A stretch of DNA of 64,000 nucleotides from Thermoplasmata archaeon (GTDB lineage Archaea > Thermoplasmatota > Thermoplasmata > Lutacidiplasmatales > UBA184): contig JBKQNC010000007.1 in assembly GCA_052326445.1 (NCBI GenBank), positions 4,690 to 68,689 of the forward strand. Direction: 5' to 3'. Under the pieces are notes generated by a model. It searched no databases and was not told the origin of the DNA. It saw only the letters and a list, made by a program, of their open reading frames with translations. Positions 1 to 7,951 of the stretch are shown in pieces. A program made the position numbers and the translations under genes. Position 1 is the stretch's first letter; the number at the start of each line of letters is the position of its first letter.

Positions 1-2190
1 GTTGACGGTGATCGCCGTCTCTCCCTCACAGTACCCGCCGTAGCACGAGTTGCCCTCGAGGTAGGTTCCCACCAGGTACAGCTCCAGGAAGATCGTCCCG
101 CTCGGTTGGCCCGAGGGGATGGTGATCTGGAACGACCCCGACGTGCTCGGGGTCGAGATCTGGTCGTAGACCTGGGACCCGTAGAGCTCGACCTCGAAGG
201 TGTAGAGCACCGGCAGCGGGGCGTTCCCGTACGGTGTGATCTGGTAGGTAATGGTCAGGGTCTGACCGGGTTGGTAGCTCCCGTCCGAGTAGCTCGAAGG
301 AGTGCTGACCCCGACGGCCACGAAGTAGCCCCACGCCTGGTCGAGATAGGCTTGGGCGGACGCCACGGTCCCCGATCCGCTCGAGCCGAGGTAGGCGACC
401 ACGTAGTATTCGCCGGGGGCGGCGGTGGACGGCACCGAGATCGTGAACGCCGAGTTGTTCGCGACGGTCCCGGTCTCGACAATCCCGTCTTCCCCGTAGT
501 TTTCACCCAGCACGTAGTAGGCCCAGACCTGGTAGGAGATGGTGGCTCCCGTGAGCGAGCCGTCCCCGTAGGCTACCGCCGTGACGGACACCGTCGAGCC
601 GGGCGTGAAGGTGCTCGAGCTCGGGTTGAGGAAGAGCTGCGGCGCGGTCGAAGCGCCGTAGGCCTCACCGTAGAACGAGGTGGTCGCGTTGGTGGCGTAG
701 ACGACGACGTAAAAGCTGCCCACGAAGCCCGTGGGGAGCGGGACCGTGAACGTTCCCGTCGACGCGGTGGACGTGATGACCCCTTGGGCGAGGAACGCGC
801 CGGTTGCCTCGTTCTCCGCGATCCAGCCCTCCGCCGTGATCGGTCCGGTGGTCGCCGAGTCAGTCGAGCCGACGCTCCACGTCGCCGTGACGGTCTGTCC
901 TGGGTAATACTCGAGTTGGTTGAGCTGGACCTGGACTGCACCGGAGGCTCCGTTCGGTTCGATGTACAGCGTGGCGTTCTCCCACGCCGTGCCGTGGTCC
1001 GTCACCGAGGAGGTGATCACCGGGTCGGTGACCGAGACGTTCACGTAGTTGGTGTAGGGGTAGGAGTATTCGCTCGTGAACGGCGGGCTCGCCGCGATAT
1101 ACGAGAAGGCGACGACCCCGGTCGCGTTGCTCGTCAACGAGGCCGGCGGGTTGCCGCCCGGCGTGACGACGCTGTTCCCGTTCCAGAAGTGGATGGACAC
1201 CGGCAGGTTGGGCACCCCGTAGATCGTGTCGTCCCAGTCCGCGCCGACGAGGACGCAGGTCTGGACGAGCGTGCCGGAGTCGAACGAGTAGTCGTAGTAA
1301 TCCGGGCAGACCGACGACGTCCCGGAGGTTTGGTAGACCGCGAGGTCGACGGTCCCGACGCCGTACCACTCATAATCGCTCTCGTTCTCGGCCAACTTGC
1401 CGTTGGAGAAGATGGTGGGCCAGAGCGCGATTTCGAACTCGTGCTCCGCGGTCGCGTTTGCCGGGACTGTGAAGGAGTACTGGCCGAGGGCCGAAACCGG
1501 GACCGTAACGATCCCGCCGGGGAACAGGTTGTGCCAGCTCGCGTTGGTCCAGTACCAGCCGTCCAGGGTGAGGTTCGTGATGTGGGTGTCGAGCGCCCCG
1601 TTCACGTCGTCGTAGAGTTCCCAGGCGACCGTGATCGACTCCCCGGGCAGAACGCCCGTGTAGAATCGGGGGCTGCCGGTCATGTAGGACTGGAACGTGT
1701 CGACCGTGATGTTGTACTGCGCCGAGCCGCCCAAGGGCGCGGACGCGTTGACGACCCATCCGCCGCCGATGGCGAGGGACGCGGGGAAGGTGTAGGAGAC
1801 CCCGTGCTGGTAAGAGTAGTACAAGTGGGTGGTCGCGTTCGGGGTGACGCTGACGGTAAAGGCCGGTGCGCCGACGACATCTCGCGTCGCGTTCGGGTCG
1901 GTGATCGTAAAGTTGACCGTGGAATCCGCGGTCGGGTCGTAGATGGCGAAGAAGAGGACGTTGGTGCCCGGTTCGTTGTAGCCGCCGCTCTCGAAATAGG
2001 TGGTGTTCCCGTAGACCTCGTTTCCTTCGTAGGTCGCCAGCTGGATCGAATTCACGACGGCCGGATGCGGGGCCGCCCCGGGGCTCGGAAGAGGTGCCGA
2101 TTGAGCGCGGCTCCCTCCGGTGCCGAGCACCATCAGGGTCGATACGATCAGCAGTACGGCGAGGCCCACGACCAACGCACGGCGCGACAT
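1..2190 (-). CDS. Secreted surface glycoprotein with repeated Ig-like beta-sandwich modules, partial (3' end runs off window start)
   Basis: The frame opened by ATG 2190..2188 stays open to base 1, so it has no in-window stop and is absent from the ORF track. My translation starts MSRRALVVGLAVLLIVSTLMVLGTGGSRAQS (signal/anchor). It has more than 15 N-x-S/T sequons and a recurring Y-x-PGQT-[VL]-T strand motif. Confidence 0.75.
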   Translation of the reverse strand, partial: MSRRALVVGLAVLLIVSTLMVLGTGGSRAQSAPLPSPGAAPHPAVVNSIQLATYEGNEVYGNTTYFESGGYNEPGTNVLFFAIYDPTADSTVNFTITDPNATRDVVGAPAFTVSVTPNATTHLYYSYQHGVSYTFPASLAIGGGWVVNASAPLGGSAQYNITVDTFQSYMTGSPRFYTGVLPGESITVAWELYDDVNGALDTHITNLTLDGWYWTNASWHNLFPGGIVTVPVSALGQYSFTVPANATAEHEFEIALWPTIFSNGKLAENESDYEWYGVGTVDLAVYQTSGTSSVCPDYYDYSFDSGTLVQTCVLVGADWDDTIYGVPNLPVSIHFWNGNSVVTPGGNPPASLTSNATGVVAFSYIAASPPFTSEYSYPYTNYVNVSVTDPVITSSVTDHGTAWENATLYIEPNGASGAVQVQLNQLEYYPGQTVTATWSVGSTDSATTGPITAEGWIAENEATGAFLAQGVITSTASTGTFTVPLPTGFVGSFYVVVYATNATTSFYGEAYGASTAPQLFLNPSSSTFTPGSTVSVTAVAYGDGSLTGATISYQVWAYYVLGENYGEDGIVETGTVANNSAFTISVPSTAAPGEYYVVAYLGSSGSGTVASAQAYLDQAWGYFVAVGVSTPSSYSDGSYQPGQTLTITYQITPYGNAPLPVLYTFEVELYGSQVYDQISTPSTSGSFQITIPSGQPSGTIFLELYLVGTYLEGNSCYGGYCEGETAITVN

Positions 2191-2207
2191 CTTCCGAACC
2201 TGCGCGG

Positions 2208-2220
2208 TTTTACTATAAGA
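2208..2220. promoter_or_regulatory. Single central TATA-like element (TTTTACTATAAGA) in a 49-bp divergent spacer
   Basis: This is the only AT-rich element between ATG 2190 (minus) and ATG 2240 (plus). Its centre is about 24-26 nt from both start codons, which fits leaderless archaeal promoters. Confidence 0.45.
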
Positions 2221-2239
2221 CCATTCCGATAGAAACACC

Positions 2240-2998
2240 ATGGAGGAAGAGCCTCCCCCGTCCCCCTCCATCCTTTCGACCGGGGGTCCGAACGGATTTA
2301 TCGCCCCGCTGGCTCGCGGAGCCGAGGCCATGAGCGAAATCCTTCCCGGCGTGCACTTGATCGACGGCATCGACCCGGATCCGAGCTTCAGCACCCACGT
2401 CTACTTGGTCCGGGACAAGGGGTCGACGTGGACGCTGATCGACACCGGCCTCCCCGGGGCCCATGAAAAGGTCGAGGCGTACCTGGCCAAGATCAAAGTC
2501 GAGCCGACGGCCATCACCAAGATCCTGATCACCCACCTACACCGGGACCATACCGGCTCCCTGAAGCACCTGGCCCAAAAGACCCGGGCGCGCACCTTCG
2601 CGCACTGGATCGAAGCCGGCTTTATCGCGGAACGTCCCAAGTACGACGGCCCCGGGTCTCCACCGGCGGAACCGTTCCAGGTCGATGAGGTCCTGAAGGA
2701 TGGGGATACCGTCGATGCGGCCGGCGGCCTCATCGCCTACCACACGCCCGGCCACACGCCGGGCCACACCTCCTACTACCAGGCCGAGCGGAAGGTGCTC
2801 TTCTCGGGGGACCTCTTTTTCGGAGCGGGGAAAGAGCTCACGCTCACCCCGCCCGAGTACACCCTCCATACTGGCACCGCCCAGGTATCGGCGCGGCGGA
2901 TGAGCCAGCTCTCGATCGACTCCCTCATGAGCTACCACGGCGGGCCGATCCTGCAACACGGTGGGGCGGCCGTCCGCAAGCTCGTCGAGAAGTTCTAG
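2240..2998 (+). CDS. MBL-fold metallo-hydrolase
   Basis: Contains the H-x-H-x-D-H motif THLHRDHTG and a later HTPGHTPGH. ATG 2240 lies 26 nt from the TATA-like box. The internal ATG 2330 (MSEILPG) is an alternative start. Confidence 0.85.
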   Translation: MEEEPPPSPSILSTGGPNGFIAPLARGAEAMSEILPGVHLIDGIDPDPSFSTHVYLVRDKGSTWTLIDTGLPGAHEKVEAYLAKIKVEPTAITKILITHLHRDHTGSLKHLAQKTRARTFAHWIEAGFIAERPKYDGPGSPPAEPFQVDEVLKDGDTVDAAGGLIAYHTPGHTPGHTSYYQAERKVLFSGDLFFGAGKELTLTPPEYTLHTGTAQVSARRMSQLSIDSLMSYHGGPILQHGGAAVRKLVEKF

Positions 2999-3031
2999 CG
3001 GGGCCGGGCAGACCGGCTCGGGCGCCGGCAG

Positions 3032-3106
3032 TGGGACTGGCCAGATTTGAACTGGCGTCTCGGAGTCCCGAACCCCGAAGGATGGACCAAGCTACCCCAC
3101 AGTCCC
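3032..3106 (-). tRNA. tRNA-Pro (anticodon CGG)
   Basis: The reverse complement folds as a 75-nt cloverleaf: GGGACTG / TG / GGGT-AGCTTGGTCCA-TCCT / T / CGGGG-TTCGGGA-CTCCG / AGAC / GCCAG-TTCAAAT-CTGGC / CAGTCCC-A. U33 and G37 flank CGG. No CCA is encoded. Confidence 0.85.
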
Positions 3107-3131
3107 AGACGGGGGTCGCTCACTCTGCCTC

Positions 3132-3140
3132 GCTATATGA
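3132..3140 (-). promoter_or_regulatory. TATA-like box upstream of tRNA-Pro
   Basis: The minus strand reads TCATATAGC, centred about 30 nt upstream of the tRNA 5' end (3106). Confidence 0.4.
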
Positions 3141-3220
3141 ACGTGCGGTGGCGCGGCGCACGCTTCGCGCTCCGGGGCGGAGGCAAAACCCTTTAGGCCG
3201 CGGGGCGGGAACGGGAAGAC

Positions 3221-3676
3221 GTGGACGACACCCTCGACCCGATCCTGATCCAGGTCACCGTCCCTCTCCCGATCCCGATGCTGTACGGCGCGTTCACCGA
3301 CCCAACGCACCTGAAGGGGTGGTTGTGCGACACCGCCGAGGTCGACCTTCGACCCGGTGGAAAGTACCACCTCGGCTGGAAGGCGCCGGTCGCTTTCGAG
3401 AGCCAGGGCGAGGTCCGCGAGATGACCCCCGACCTGGACTTCGGATTCTCGTGGCAGGCGCCGCCCCCCTTCGCGGCGCTGATGAACCGGCCGGAGCTGA
3501 AGACCCACGTCTATGTCCGGTTCGCGGAGTCCCCCGAAGGGATCGACATCACGCTCGAGCACAGCGGCTGGGAGAGCGGGGACGCCTGGGAGGAGGCCCG
3601 CTCCTGGCATTTCCACTTCTGGGATGACCGCCTTCAGACGTTGAAGGCGTACATGATCAAGGTCGCCTACGGCTGA
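3221..3676 (+). CDS. SRPBCC / AHSA1-like (Activator of Hsp90 ATPase homolog 1-like) domain protein
   Basis: 151 aa with a GTG start. The pattern LYGAFTDPTHLKGWLCD...LRPGGKYHLGW...F is typical of the AHSA1/SRPBCC family. Confidence 0.7.
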   Translation: MDDTLDPILIQVTVPLPIPMLYGAFTDPTHLKGWLCDTAEVDLRPGGKYHLGWKAPVAFESQGEVREMTPDLDFGFSWQAPPPFAALMNRPELKTHVYVRFAESPEGIDITLEHSGWESGDAWEEARSWHFHFWDDRLQTLKAYMIKVAYG

Positions 3677-3692
3677 GCCGGCCCTCGCGCGG

Positions 3693-3887
3693 TCAGACGC
3701 CGCCCGGGGAAAAGTGTCGGCAAGCGCCCTCGCCGCAGATGGTGCACGGGCCGGACGGGTCCAGCCGGAAACTTTGGGACGTCCCGATGGGAAGAACGAC
3801 CATGTGGTGGGTGGGGAGGTGGCCGCAGCGGCACCGGCTGCGGGTGGGGGAGGCGACGGGGGAGTCCGGCGCCGAGCGACTCGTCAT
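3693..3887 (-). CDS. Small Cys-rich (zinc-finger-like) protein, 64 aa
   Basis: GC3 is very high in this frame. It has Cys/His pairs CRCGH...CTICGEGACRH. It fills the gap between two convergent genes. I recognise no family. Confidence 0.4.
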   Translation of the reverse strand: MTSRSAPDSPVASPTRSRCRCGHLPTHHMVVLPIGTSQSFRLDPSGPCTICGEGACRHFSPGGV

Positions 3888-3952
3888 GGGACCCGTTGGG
3901 GACGCCGCGGGGCTATAGCGTTACGGACCCGGGGCGCGTCCGGGCGGGGCGA

Positions 3953-5497
3953 TTAATCGACCCGGGAGGACACCGCTTTCGACATGAGCGGCCCGTCGGG
4001 AGCGTACCCTCGGGCCCGGTAGTACTCCCGGGTACCCACCGCGCTCGTGACAAAGAGTCGGTCAAAGCCCGCCGAGCGGGCCTCCTCCTCCGCGCGCTCG
4101 ATCAGGCCCCGACCGAAACCCCGGTGCTGGAACTCCCCCGTGCCGGCAGCGGCCCCGACGGCGACCCCGTGGCCGACCACCTTGAGCTCGCGGATGACGG
4201 GAGCCCCGAGACCCCGTTCGGTGTTGCCCGACGGGAACCGAAGGCGCAGGAACCCCGCGACCGTATCGGTCTCCGGTGCCTCGACGGAGAGGAAAACCTC
4301 CCGGCCGCCGGAGGCGGCGTATTCGGTTCGGAACGACCGGAACGCTTCGTGCGGGGGGGTGGCGCGGCGGCCCGCCTCCCGGCACCGCAGGCAGCGGCAG
4401 CTGCGCCCATCCGCCCTGAGCCGGTCGAGGGCCAGCTCGCGGATGTTGCTCGTACGGACTCCGGCCGCGATCAGCCGTGAGGGGATGTCCCGTTGAATTC
4501 GCTGGATCCGCACCCACGGGGGAAGGACGGCTTTCATGCGGGCGAGCAGGGCCGCCGCCGTGGGAGTGTCGTAGGGGACATACCGACCGGCCTTCCAGTC
4601 ATCGTAGAGGGGAGCCCCCTGGATGACCAGGGTAGGGTAGATCTTGAGGAAGTCCGGGCGGAAGTCGGGCTCTTCGAACAGCCGGACGAAATCGGCGAAG
4701 TCCCGGTCCGGATCCATCCCGGGAAGCCCCAGCATGAGGTGGTAGCCGACCTTGAGGCCCCGGTCCCGGGTCTCCCGGCTGGCGGTCGCGACATCACAGA
4801 CCCCATGGGCCCGGCCGACCGCCTCGAGGACGTCGTCCCGGAGGCATTCCACGCCGACCTCGACCCGGGTGACCCCGGCGTCCTGCAGGAACGGGAGGAC
4901 CCGCCCATCGCACCAATCCGGCCGGGTCTCGACCGTCAGTCCCACCATCCGGTGCGCGGCCGTCTCGTTGACCCGGATCGCGGCGTCGAGGGAGGGGGCC
5001 GGGGAGCCGTTGAGGCCGTCGTAGATCCCTTTCAGTACCTCCTCCTGGAAGGAGCGGGGCCGCGAGGGAAAGGTTCCGCCCATGACGATCACTTCGACCT
5101 TGCCGGTCGGGTGCCCGATGGCGTCCAGCGTCCCGATCCGGTTCCGCGTGATCGCGGCCGAATCCCAATGGAATTGGGCTCCTCGAAGCGCGCTCGGCTC
5201 CTCGCCCGTGTAGCTCTGCGGACTCCCGTTCTCCACCCCGCCCGGGCAGTACGTGCAGCGCCCGTGGGGGCACCGCGCGGGGGCGGTCATCACGGCGACC
5301 ACCGCGACCCCGGAGAGCGTCCGGGAGGGCTTTCTTCGGACCGAGGCGGTGTAGCGGGCCCGCTGCTCCTGCGGGAGGGAACGGATCCAGTCGACGTTGG
5401 TGGGCAGCGGACCCACCCCGCTCGCCCGGAGGGCTTCGAGCTTGGTCCGGTGGATCTCCTCGGGGGAGGGCGGCGGGCCGCCTAGAGGGGAAGCCAT
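3953..5497 (-). CDS. elp3: Archaeal Elp3 homolog (radical SAM + GNAT tRNA U34 modification enzyme)
   Basis: Starts at ATG 5497 (MASPLGGPPPSPEEIHRTKLEAL). It has the radical SAM motif CPHGRCTYCPGG and a C-terminal GNAT motif HRGFGRGLIERAEEEA. The 753-aa track ORF is a spurious 5' extension across fni. Confidence 0.9.
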   Translation of the reverse strand: MASPLGGPPPSPEEIHRTKLEALRASGVGPLPTNVDWIRSLPQEQRARYTASVRRKPSRTLSGVAVVAVMTAPARCPHGRCTYCPGGVENGSPQSYTGEEPSALRGAQFHWDSAAITRNRIGTLDAIGHPTGKVEVIVMGGTFPSRPRSFQEEVLKGIYDGLNGSPAPSLDAAIRVNETAAHRMVGLTVETRPDWCDGRVLPFLQDAGVTRVEVGVECLRDDVLEAVGRAHGVCDVATASRETRDRGLKVGYHLMLGLPGMDPDRDFADFVRLFEEPDFRPDFLKIYPTLVIQGAPLYDDWKAGRYVPYDTPTAAALLARMKAVLPPWVRIQRIQRDIPSRLIAAGVRTSNIRELALDRLRADGRSCRCLRCREAGRRATPPHEAFRSFRTEYAASGGREVFLSVEAPETDTVAGFLRLRFPSGNTERGLGAPVIRELKVVGHGVAVGAAAGTGEFQHRGFGRGLIERAEEEARSAGFDRLFVTSAVGTREYYRARGYAPDGPLMSKAVSSRVD

Positions 5498-6627
5498 TGC
5501 CGGCTCTCCCCCGTGATCACGTGGGGTGCATGCTGGAGTTCCGCGATGGTCCGCGAGCCGGTGAGGAACATCGCGACCTTGAGCTCGTGGACGAGGTGAT
5601 CGAGTTCCCGCCGCGTCTCCTCGTACCCCTCCGACGCCGCGCGGAGGATGCCGGCCGCGGTCCCCGCGGCGGACGCGCCGAGCGAGATCGCCCGAGCCAC
5701 GTCGAGGCCGGAACGGATCCCGCCGCTCGCGATGACGGGAAGTCCGAGCGGAACCAGCTGCACGACGGATACCGGCGAGGGAATCCCCCAATCCCAGAAC
5801 GTCTTGCCGACACGCGCCTCGCGTTCCGCCCCCTGTTCGAGTGCCCGGTAGTGCTCGACCGCCGCGAACGAAGTTCCCCCGGTGCCGCTGACGTCGAAGG
5901 CCCGGACCTTCCGGTCTCGCAGGTCCTCGGCCACCGCCCGGGAAATGCCCGCGCCGGTCTCCTTGACCAGGACGGGAAACTGGGACGCCAGCACGCCGAT
6001 CTGCTCGAGCACGCCGCGGGCCCTTCGGTCGCCCTCGGGCTGAACCATCTCCTGGAGGAAGTTCAGGTGGATGGCGAGTACGTCCGCGTGGATGAGTTCC
6101 ATCGCGGCGCGCACTTCTGTGACGCCCACCAGCGGGTCGTTCGGCTTCTGCGGGATGATCTGGGGGGCACCGATGTTCGCGAATTTCAGGGGCACCGCAT
6201 ACTGGGCCACGCACGAGTAGCTTTCCGGGTACTGCCCCTTGAGAACGGCGGCGCGCTCGCTGCCGACTCCCATGGCGATGCCGACCTCGGCCGCCGCGCG
6301 CGCGAGGTTCCCGTTGATCTTCTTCGCGTCCGGAAACCCCCCGGTCATCCCGGTGATCACGATCGGGGCGGCGAGGCGATGGCCCAGCAGCGTCGTCGAG
6401 GGGTCGACCTCGTCAAAATCGATGTTCGGGAGCGCGCGGTGGATCAGCTGGATGTCGTCCCAGTACCGGTACCGTCCCTCGACCTTCTGGCCCAGGACGA
6501 CCTTGACGTGCTCCGCCTTCCGGTGGCTGAGGTCAAGCCCGGCTCGGTCCGGGAGGGTCGCGGGGTCGTCCGTGGGCCCAGCTCCCGTAGACGAATTCCC
6601 CCCGCACGGCGCGCGAGAGTTCTCCAT
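5482..6627 (-). CDS. fni: Isopentenyl-diphosphate delta-isomerase, type 2 (FMN-dependent)
   Basis: Motifs: SHRKAEHVKVVL, APIVITGMTGG, and the TIM-barrel FMN motif ASGGIRSGLDVARAISLGA. The start is taken at ATG 6627 and is uncertain. It overlaps the elp3 start by 16 nt. Confidence 0.85.
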   Translation of the reverse strand: MENSRAPCGGNSSTGAGPTDDPATLPDRAGLDLSHRKAEHVKVVLGQKVEGRYRYWDDIQLIHRALPNIDFDEVDPSTTLLGHRLAAPIVITGMTGGFPDAKKINGNLARAAAEVGIAMGVGSERAAVLKGQYPESYSCVAQYAVPLKFANIGAPQIIPQKPNDPLVGVTEVRAAMELIHADVLAIHLNFLQEMVQPEGDRRARGVLEQIGVLASQFPVLVKETGAGISRAVAEDLRDRKVRAFDVSGTGGTSFAAVEHYRALEQGAEREARVGKTFWDWGIPSPVSVVQLVPLGLPVIASGGIRSGLDVARAISLGASAAGTAAGILRAASEGYEETRRELDHLVHELKVAMFLTGSRTIAELQHAPHVITGESRQWLPL

Positions 6628-7372
6628 CCTTGAGTCCGCTAATAAGACCTGCGTCCGCGCCGAGACGGGCGATGGCGAGCATCGCCTCGGCCTTCCCCCG
6701 GATCCCGCCGGTGACATCCGGCCCTCCGCCCCGGGGTTCGAGTCCTTTGACGACTGCGTCGGTGATCTCGGGGATCGCGACCCGTCGCCCGGTCGCGCGG
6801 GGCTCGAGGATGCCGGGAACGTCGCTGACGAACAGCACGCGCTCCGCTTGCAGCGCGGACGCCAGGGAGATCGCGATGGTGTCGGCGCTCAGGATCGACC
6901 ACCCCCACGCCCGGTCAGGCACGACATCCCCGAAGGAGACGGGTGCGAGCCCCGATTCGAGGACCGTTCGGAACGGGGTCGGGTCGAACGTCTCGAGCCT
7001 ACCCTCGCGGTTCATGGCATGCGTGGCCGGCGGTATCGAGCCCGGCGAGAGTCCCGCCCGGACGAGCTCACGAAGGACGGCGAGGTGAAGGCGGCGGACC
7101 TCGGAGGCGACGATCGCCGCGCCCCGGGCCCGCTGCGCGGCGGAGAGGGCCGCCTCCGGGGGTCGGGCCAATCCGAACCGATGCGCTCCGGGGTGCCCGA
7201 ACGACCCCGCCCCGTGAAGGATGACCATCGGGACGTCCCGGCAGGCCCCGAGTTCCGTGGCGAGCCGACGGAGGATCTTGGGGCGGAGGCGCTCCACCTC
7301 GCGCTTCCGGGTGATCACACTCCCGCCGAGCTTCACGATGACCGGCGGGGTCGGTGAAGGCGGAGCCGCCAT
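6533..7372 (-). CDS. ipk: Isopentenyl phosphate kinase (amino-acid kinase fold)
   Basis: Motifs: VIVKLGGSVITRK, ILHGAGSFGH, SADTIAISLA, DVTGGIRGK. It lies directly upstream of fni. Confidence 0.85.
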   Translation of the reverse strand: MAAPPSPTPPVIVKLGGSVITRKREVERLRPKILRRLATELGACRDVPMVILHGAGSFGHPGAHRFGLARPPEAALSAAQRARGAAIVASEVRRLHLAVLRELVRAGLSPGSIPPATHAMNREGRLETFDPTPFRTVLESGLAPVSFGDVVPDRAWGWSILSADTIAISLASALQAERVLFVSDVPGILEPRATGRRVAIPEITDAVVKGLEPRGGGPDVTGGIRGKAEAMLAIARLGADAGLISGLKDGELSRAVRGEFVYGSWAHGRPRDPPGPSRA

Positions 7373-7387
7373 CAGACGGGTCCTACG

Positions 7388-7612
7388 TCAGGCGTGGTCC
7401 AAGCCCGCCCGGCGGTTGAAGAGCATGAGCCCGCCGACCACGACCAACACGATGCCGAACGAGTACTCGAGGTTGTACTCGTAAAGCCACCAGGCGATGA
7501 GGCCGAGGCCGACCCCGATCAGGACGGCGGCCAGGACGACCCAGCCGACGTTGATCGGACTGCGCACGTGCGATTGCCCCGCCGCGTGATGCGCGTCCCC
7601 ATACCCCGACAT
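7388..7612 (-). CDS. Small membrane protein (2 TM helices)
   Basis: 74 aa with hydrophobic segments VGWVVLAAVLIGVGLGLIAWWL and FGIVLVVVGGLMLF. GC3 is high. It lies 15 nt upstream of ipk. Confidence 0.55.
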   Translation of the reverse strand: MSGYGDAHHAAGQSHVRSPINVGWVVLAAVLIGVGLGLIAWWLYEYNLEYSFGIVLVVVGGLMLFNRRAGLDHA

Positions 7613-7640
7613 CGATAGCGGCGAGGGGTCCCCCCTTCAA

Positions 7641-7856
7641 ATGGATTCGGTCGGAGTCCCGAAGGGTCTTCTTCGCCGAGTTCCTCTCCCCCCGATGGCC
7701 GGAACGGTCGACTCCCCGCCGCCGCCGGGGCGATGTCCCCGATGTGGAGGGCCGCTCGAAGGCCCGATTTCGGGCGAGGTCCAGTGCTACGTGTACTGTC
7801 CTTCCTGCCGAGAACGGTTCGACCCGTGGGATGCGGTCCCCTTCGGGAGCCCGTGA
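7641..7856 (+). CDS. Small CPxCG-type zinc-ribbon protein
   Basis: 71 aa with CPRCGG ...(17 aa)... CPSC. It is co-oriented with and upstream of orc1/cdc6. Confidence 0.5.
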   Translation: MDSVGVPKGLLRRVPLPPMAGTVDSPPPPGRCPRCGGPLEGPISGEVQCYVYCPSCRERFDPWDAVPFGSP

Positions 7857-7951
7857 CCCCGAATCGGCCGACGCGCGAGGCCCCGTGCGCGGATTCCGGA
7901 GAAATTTCCGGGTCGACGTCACGCGCCGAAAAAATCTTACCAAAGATACTT

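Noticed and set aside
106-2232. 708-aa plus-strand ORF covering the first 2.2 kb
   Set aside because: Its composition is extremely Arg/Gly/Asp/Val-rich with no recognisable motif. It is antisense to a frame that encodes a sensible signal-peptide-bearing glycoprotein. This is a typical shadow ORF of high-GC DNA.
2999-3220. tRNA-Pro as a possible integration hotspot / genomic island border
   Set aside because: There is no integrase, direct repeat of the tRNA 3' end, or compositional shift nearby. The flanking genes are ordinary housekeeping-type genes.
5498-6214. 5' extension of the Elp3 ORF to 753 aa
   Set aside because: The extension is an Arg/Gly/Pro-rich sequence lying out of frame across the well-supported fni gene. 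Elp3 homology begins at the internal ATG 5497.
6529-6540. Non-canonical start of fni right at the ipk stop (by analogy with the CTGA case)
   Set aside because: The codons there are GGG CTT GAC CTC. None is a near-cognate of ATG, and there is no SD-like sequence. The upstream ATG 6627 was kept as the provisional start.
7613-7951. Replication origin immediately upstream of orc1/cdc6
   Set aside because: I saw no repeated ORB-like elements and no extended AT-rich unwinding region. Most of the spacer is occupied by a plausible zinc-ribbon ORF. It is left as an open check, not a call.
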